From Parasitella parasitica NRRL 2501 (Eukaryota; Fungi; Mucoromycota), in the NCBI GenBank assembly GCA_025201805.1, contig MU619347.1, positions 20,677-66,191 of the forward strand: a stretch of DNA of 45,515 bases, given 5' to 3'. Numbering within the stretch: the stretch's first letter is position 1; the number at the start of each line of letters is the position of its first letter. A program made the translations under genes and the position numbers. Below, piece after piece: positions 38,763 through 45,515 of this stretch. Under the pieces are notes generated by a model. It was not told the DNA's origin. It saw nothing but the letters and a program-made list of their open reading frames with translations, and did no database searches.

Positions 38763-40038
38763 TAGGGGAGAAATATTTACTTACCACTGCTTCCTTTCCA
38801 TCGAATACGTCCTTATATTTGATGCTGTCTTTGGATCTTGAGCTCAGCACGATTCGTTCCTGAAATGCTTCTGCGACCTTGGAGAGTAAAGCGGGGTAGA
38901 TGGAGGGCAAGGGTTCGTTTGTTCTGATGGGAGTCATTGGCACTGGTTCCTCGACCAATGCGACACCGGCAGCGAATTTGCTGTTATAGTTGCTACTTGC
39001 AGTGGAAGTGGTGGACGAAGAGGCTGACAAGTTTTTGGACAGGTTGAATGTAAAGGACTGGGCTTTTTCAAATGTAGTCTTCTTTTTGTTGACGTTCAGC
39101 GACTGGCGCTGCTGACTGATGGAAACAGAGGGAGAGGTTGCTGAGCTGTATGGGATGTTGTAGACGCTTTCGGCTACTCGTTTTCTGCCAGGCAGGGTCA
39201 AAGACGGCGTGTGTTCAATTCGTCGCGCATGTTGTCTATTTGCAAATTGAGAAATAGCAGACAGCTTCGCTCTCATGGGGGCCGTGGACTTTGACAATTT
39301 AGACAACAGGGTCGTACCACCAACGGACCGAATGCTAGAGTCGTCTTTTAAAGACTGTTGGTCTCGAACAGGGACAAAGGCCTCGAGCTTTCTCTTGTTC
39401 TTTTCAGCGTTGCGAAAGATGGAACTTGATCTTGATACTTTCTTTGCCGTCTTTGCCAGTGAGTTTAAATTCGCACCTAATAGCGATGTGGAGCGACCTT
39501 GCAGGCGATCGTCTACGGTGCGGACGCTGTTGATGGAGCGGCTGTCGGCGCCGTTGTACTCTGTTCGAAGCGAAATTACTGAATCATTGACACTGTAAAT
39601 GCTGGGTGTGTCCTTTGGCTTGGTGTATAGGTTGCTATCACCGGGCCTGTAGTCAAACACATCTCCTACAGCTTCTTCATAGACAGTGTCTTCCTCTTCC
39701 TCCTCTTCCTCCTCTTCTTCTAGCAGGTGATCATCCTCCAGCTCGTCAGCGTGATGATTGTCGAGCAGATAGCGACTTGATTGATAGTAGCGATCACGGA
39801 TAGCAGCTGAGGGGGTCAATTCAGCCGAGAAGCTATCGGTCGATGCAAAATTAGCCAGCGTGCTCAGGTTATCGACAGTGTAGCTTCTTTTGTGATCAGC
39901 GTTAATGTCCTGGATGCTGCTTGCTGTTGTGTCTGTGCTTGCAGTGGAGGGCAGTCTGTACTGTCTGTAGATGGTGGTGGATGGCGATGATGGCAGTGGC
40001 CTTGACACTGGGTGCTGTTTAAGGGTGTCTGATTGCAT
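35411..40038 (-). CDS. Rho1 guanine-nucleotide exchange factor, Rom2/Rgf1 type (DEP-DH-PH-CNH)
   Basis: IYPALLSKVAEAF, DRNLALLIGRSLDSQKFFHDVNY (DEP), GVFTLLTDCYSPTC, KRQENIYELIYTEKDFV..RKLELNGYLTKPTTRLGRY (DH), PIPLALL (PH), C-terminal CNH domain. Confidence 0.94.
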
Positions 40039-40211
40039 GGTATTCTTTCTTTCTCTCGGGTAAAAAAAGGAAGGGAAAGGGGGGGGGGGTGTGGTTCTTT
40101 CAAGTCGTCGAATGGATGAATAAAGAGAAGAAGAAAGAAAAAAAAGAGAGGGAAAAAAAAAAAGATGCGAAAATAACAACGAGGAAACAGGGAGTAATAT
40201 AATCAACAGAA

Positions 40212-40247
<36 letters not shown>

Positions 40248-40504
40248 GGACTTTTAATACACAGGAACACACTCGTATCCCACAAGATTACACAAGGATA
40301 TTATTTCTTAATTACTTGCTTCCATCCATTTTGTTGATTTGCAAGATGCTGCTCTTTAGATACGATCGTCTCCTCGTCTGCGTTTTTTCTTCTTTATACT
40401 ATTACCTTAACCTGCCCATATTCGGTGGTAGTGGTGGTAGTGGTGGTAGTGGTAGTGGTGGTGGTGGTGGTGGTGGTGATGGTAGTGATGATGATGGATC
40501 TTTT

Positions 40505-40764
40505 NNNNNNNNNNNNNNNNNNNNNNNNNNNNNNNNNNNNNNNNNNNNNNNNNNNNNNNNNNNNNNNNNNNNNNNNNNNNNNNNNNNNNNNNNNNNNNNN
40601 NNNNNNNNNNNNNNNNNNNNNNNNNNNNNNNNNNNNNNNNNNNNNNNNNNNNNNNNNNNNNNNNNNNNNNNNNNNNNNNNNNNNNNNNNNNNNNNNNNNN
40701 NNNNNNNNNNNNNNNNNNNNNNNNNNNNNNNNNNNNNNNNNNNNNNNNNNNNNNNNNNNNNNNN
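40505..40764. other. Assembly gap (N-run)
   Basis: Run of N flanked by low-complexity GGT/TGT repeats. Confidence 0.99.
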
Positions 40765-40818
40765 TGTTGTTGTTCTTTTTATCTTTGCTTCCTTCGCTGC
40801 CATTTCTGCACAACAAGT

Positions 40819-42742
40819 ATGTCATTTACTGGCGACGACAAAGCAAACAGAAACGAATTGTTTGGCATACCCGAGCAGCTCATTGTCCAAAAGCAGGGAA
40901 ACATCTACACAACGACAGCACAAAACTATGCAGCATTCAGTAAGCTGTACAATGAGTCCCCATTGCCAAATGACATCTTGTTTCCTTGGTTACATGGGGT
41001 CGATGGCCATAACAATCAGCAGAATCTATTTTTCGGAGTAAAGGCAAGCATGGTACCCAGATACCGTGGCTTGATGTTGATCCATTGTGGGCCATCAAAG
41101 ACAACATCCCGGCTTATCGAATCCGTCCTGCCAGAGCAAGTGGTGTTCATGGACGGGCCCCACCAGTCCGAGTTCATCAACAGCTACAACATAGATGTGA
41201 CAATCAACCTTCGCAACTTTCAAAACCAAATATCGAGGTTCTCGACCATCTGCGATCTGGTGCTGTATGGGTCCCGTGCCCCACAAATAGCTGCCAAGAT
41301 TGCTGCTGCTCAGCAAAAGCTCCACACAGAGCGGCTGGCCCAGATCGAGGCATTCGAAAAGAGTGCAGGCAAAAGGGCTGTAGCAAACGCAGACTCTCTA
41401 GTGTACAAGACCATTATTGTGCAGGGTAACGACTGGTTTTAGCCTGCGTTCAAGACATTAATGCAGAACGCTTACTTTTTTAGCCAATAGACGCATTCTC
41501 GACATTTGAAAGAGGCCATCCTGAATTGGTCATGTATGATTCCACAGGCTTGCTGGTGCAGAGGCGAGATTTTGTCCAATTGGAGAACATACAAATGCAA
41601 GAAATGACCAGGGAAACCGAGATTACGAGCAATATTTGGGCAAGTAGAGATGAGCTTGTAACGAGTGGTCGTTCTTCTAACAGAAATAGAATAGCTAGGA
41701 AACACACAGGCTGCGCCTGTCTCAACCTACGACGTTGACGTCGGGTCGTCTTCTGCATCCGACTTTAGCCAGGAAGAAGATGCAAATCCGCACCAGTTCT
41801 CCATCTGTATTGAAGCACACGATCTAGCCGACATGCCTTTGCCATCGACTCTCACCTTGGCCCGTGAGACACTGAATGAGCTGAAAGATGGGCAAATGCC
41901 TCCAGAGATGATCCACTTTGACATGTACGCCACGGGTGTCCCCAGCGAGAAATCTGAGTTTGATGTGTTCTACACTCGACTCTACCAACTGCTGCTGTTT
42001 ATGGACAATCAAGCTGCACACGGCCGCAGGATACTGATTCACTGTTCTGATGGATACACAGAGTCAAGCTTATTGGCCCTCACCTGGATCATGTACCACT
42101 GCAAAGTGCAGCTACCCGACGCTTATCTCCATCTACAACGCATACGTTCATTTTTTGTCTATGCGGCTGACGTACCCGCACTCTGTCAAATCGAACACAT
42201 GTTATTCAAAGACCACGATAGCGTGGAGCCGCAGCCAAAAAGAAGAAAGAGCGCAGCCGACGCATCAGAGGCAATCAAAAGGCTAAGTGTAAGTGCGGGT
42301 CACTCAAATGGACATGCAGCCGAGGAGGACAAAAAGACAGCAGCGCCTCTGGTCAAGGCAGACCATCGACAGCTATTAGATGACGCCTATCTCAACATAA
42401 TATCAAACGCTAGTCTAGATGCAGAGATACCATATGATGATGTCTATAGACAGTCGCAGCTATCACCGACCAAAGAGGAAGAGAGGCTGTTTCCATGGTT
42501 TTATTCGCCTCGGTTTGAGGGCTCGTTTCCCTCCAGGATTTTGCCATTTTTATACCTGGGTAATCTGAACCATGCGACAAATCCAGACATGTTGAAAGCA
42601 CTGCAAATCTCGCATGTCGTGAGCGTAGGCGAGTTGGCACACCTGGACAGCAATGCCTTTAAACTGTTGTTCTTGGACAATTTATACGACGATGGCATCG
42701 ATTCAATTCGCACTCGACTAGCGAGTGTGCTGGATTTTATCG
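40819..42742 (+). CDS. PPS1: Pps1-type dual-specificity phosphatase (3' end lost in the gap)
   Basis: ILFPWLHG, INLRNFQNQ, NIW|LGN, ILIHCSDGYTESS, RSFFVY, FEGSFPSRILPFLYLGNLNHA, DDGIDSI; an intron starting near 42743 runs into the N gap. Confidence 0.88.
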
Positions 42743-42766
42743 GTAGGTTGCTTTTTTTTTTTTTTT

Positions 42767-43221
42767 NNNNNNNNNNNNNNNNNNNNNNNNNNNNNNNNNN
42801 NNNNNNNNNNNNNNNNNNNNNNNNNNNNNNNNNNNNNNNNNNNNNNNNNNNNNNNNNNNNNNNNNNNNNNNNNNNNNNNNNNNNNNNNNNNNNNNNNNNN
42901 NNNNNNNNNNNNNNNNNNNNNNNNNNNNNNNNNNNNNNNNNNNNNNNNNNNNNNNNNNNNNNNNNNNNNNNNNNNNNNNNNNNNNNNNNNNNNNNNNNNN
43001 NNNNNNNNNNNNNNNNNNNNNNNNNNNNNNNNNNNNNNNNNNNNNNNNNNNNNNNNNNNNNNNNNNNNNNNNNNNNNNNNNNNNNNNNNNNNNNNNNNNN
43101 NNNNNNNNNNNNNNNNNNNNNNNNNNNNNNNNNNNNNNNNNNNNNNNNNNNNNNNNNNNNNNNNNNNNNNNNNNNNNNNNNNNNNNNNNNNNNNNNNNNN
43201 NNNNNNNNNNNNNNNNNNNNN
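42767..43221. other. Assembly gap (N-run)
   Basis: Run of N. Confidence 0.99.
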
Positions 43222-43227
43222 TGTACA

Positions 43228-45275
43228 ATGGCTGCTAATGGTAAAGCGTTCAACTCGAATGACTTTCCTGTGATTCTTGGTATTGATTTTGGTAGGTTTG
43301 GATGCTATGGGGGGGGAGGAAGGGAGGAAGGGAGGGAGGGAGGGAGGGGAGATGTATTTAGAGCCATGACGTGCTGATCGAATACACACACACACACACA
43401 CAAAAAAAAAATCAGGCACCACGTTCTCAGGATGTGCTTATGCTTTCACTCAAAACGAAGAGGTTGTTGATATCGTGAGATGGTATTTATTCGCTTGTTT
43501 GCAGATGCGAGATTCATCTACTAACGCACAAACCTTGGAAACAGGCCAAAGCAAAACAACCAAGTGTATCCCAAGGTATAACATGAACAGCAACAAGCTC
43601 CCATACAAACAGCTAATTTTCAATACAGACACCAACGCTGAACTTTTATCAAGGCAATTCGAGCGAAATGACACAGTGGGGAAACGCAGCCCGTATTGAA
43701 ATGCAGCGTCCAACGGCTCGTAATTCGGTTTTATTGAAGCAGTACAAGCTTTATCTGGACGAGAATATTGCCAAGGATTTACCCCCTTTGCCAAACGGCT
43801 TGACTATAGTTGACGCAATTGCAGACTATCTGCAAAAGTTTCATGAACATGTCGTAAGTGAGCTGAAAAAGGGGTTTGCTCGAAATTACGGCCAGCATCA
43901 GTTCAGATATGTAAAGTATTAATATACAGAAGATTTTTTTTTCCTTCTTTTTTTTTTTCCTTTTTACTGACACAATTATACACTCGTACAGTGCTTGACA
44001 GTGCCTGCCATGTGGTCAGATCGAGCCAAGAGCACTATGCGTGATGCAGCCATCAAGGCAGGTTTAATAGACGAAAACGACCATCGTGATAGACTGATGC
44101 TGATATCAGAGCCCGAGGCAGCGGCACTGTACTGTGAAAAAAAATGCGAGCAGTACAATCTAAGACACGGCGACAAGTTTATGATTTGTGACGCAGGAGG
44201 AGGCACGGTGGACTTGATTGTATTTGAAATCGACGACCACACTGGCCGAAAGCTGCGAGAATCAACCAAGGGACATGGCCAGTCTTGTGGCTCTGTCTTT
44301 CTAGACCGCCGTATGCGCAAGCTGCTAAAGAAGCTATTCAAACAGTATCTGTCGTCGATCCCAGCTTCAGCATTTGAGACCATGATGGACACCTTTGTGG
44401 ATATGATTAAGCCCCAATTCGACGGCATCGAGGATCAGTACATTTCGCTACCTGCCTCCATGAATCTAGGGTCGCTCAACAACGCTGACATTGGGCTGGA
44501 AGAGGGCACGCTTTGCTTGACAGCTGCCAAGCTTCGCTCTGAAGTATTCGAGCCCGTCGTAAAAGAAGTCCTGAGCTTGATTGAGGATCAGCTGGTGAAG
44601 GCAGGCTCGTTGCAGGCCGTATTTTTGGTAGGTGGATTTGGGTCTTCCAATTATCTGTTTGAGAGAGTGCAAGAAGAATTTGGCTCAAGAATTGGCCTGG
44701 TGGCTGTCCCTCCTCGTTGTGAACTGGCTGTTGTTCGAGGCGCTGTTTATTTTGGGCTGAATCCGCGTATAGTTACCACCCGCATTCCTCGATATTGGTA
44801 CGGTATTGATACTACAACGACATTCGAAGAAGGCATAGATCCTCCCAGCTACAAACTCGTTCGTGCAGATGGTAGTGTGCGTTGCGACAACAGATTCTCG
44901 GTATATGTGCGACGAGGACAGCCGTTAGGTACAGTATACATATGTCGCTCTCACACATAGGCGCGCTGGTATTGATGACTTGTGCTTGTAGATATTGACA
45001 ATTGCGTGAGTAAAGACTTTTTCGCCTACTATCCCCATCACACAACATGCACTTTGTATGCAGCAGCGACGGATGAAATGCCAAGATATACAACAAGTCC
45101 AGGCGTAAGGAAAGTCGCCAACTTTACTATTCCAATGCCTGCTCTAACAGGTGTCATGGAGGGAGAAAAGGTGGATCTTTCCATCAAAATGTATTTTGGC
45201 GAGGTTGAGTTGAGAGTGGAGGCAGTTATCCGAGGAAAAACTTATGGTACCACCTGTACCTTTGATACCGATTAG
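43228..45275 (+). CDS. Atypical Hsp70 (HSPA12-like actin-fold ATPase)
   Basis: ILGIDFG|TTFSG, CLTVPAMWSD, ISEPEAAALYC, ICDAGGGTVDL, GSVFLD, FLVGGFGSSNYL, AVVRGAV, MYFGEVEL; multi-exon. Confidence 0.93.
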
Positions 45276-45322
45276 TTGGCAGATTGTTTTCGAGCAATGA
45301 CTCATTACACACTATTCCCAAT

Positions 45323-45360
45323 CAATAAAGAGTTTACAATAAAGAGTTTACAATAAAGAG
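45323..45360 (+). repeat. 14-bp tandem repeat containing AATAAA
   Basis: caataaagagttta x2 plus caataaagag in the Hsp70 3' region. Confidence 0.85.
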
Positions 45361-45448
45361 CTGTGATATGGTACTATGTATCTGGCTGCCTTTCAAAAGA
45401 CTAGACATACCAAAGCAACGATGCACACGTAGAAAAAAAAAAAAAAAA

Positions 45449-45515
<67 letters not shown>

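Noticed and set aside
40039-40272. N-terminal extension of the 546-aa ORF (poly-Ala/Phe-rich)
   Set aside because: Translation of microsatellite and pyrimidine-tract leader; the likely start is the ATG at 40038.
40316-43422. ORFs containing long X runs
   Set aside because: Artefacts of translating through N gaps.
45433-45515. Terminal poly(A) as a retrocopy tail or telomere
   Set aside because: The upstream Hsp70 retains introns and there is no telomeric repeat; long homopolymers are common in this window (e.g. 34958-35023).

Overview
Intron-rich, AT-rich eukaryotic DNA. Gene families, short introns and TE types point to a Mucorales (Mucoromycota) fungus; this is an inference from the sequence. 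Left to right: a 5'-truncated, frameshifted Argonaute PIWI pseudogene next to a 19-bp-period repeat array that looks like a transposon end; prohibitin PHB2; a forkhead transcription factor; a decayed pair of Fanzor (eukaryotic TnpB)-like and Tc1-like fragments; a signal-peptide/Kelch/TM protein; and a ~10.8 kb mobile-element graveyard (8.4-19.2 kb). The graveyard holds a dead Tc1/mariner transposase, a young 5'-truncated LINE with poly(A) and an exact TSD, older LINE fragments and LTR-like pieces. A dense housekeeping block follows: nrc-2/Fpk1-type AGC kinase, DUF4604 protein, TFIIIC Tfc4, M28 ERMP1/Pff1 peptidase, Mgm101, a candidate 45-aa peptide, MetAP1, Rom2/Rgf Rho-GEF, Pps1-type phosphatase (cut by a gap) and an HSPA12-like Hsp70. 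The most interesting signal is absent from the ORF track: the Fanzor-like RuvC-III remnant at 5353-5508, abutting a divergent Tc1 transposase remnant. All protein calls come from motif recognition; no database searches were run.
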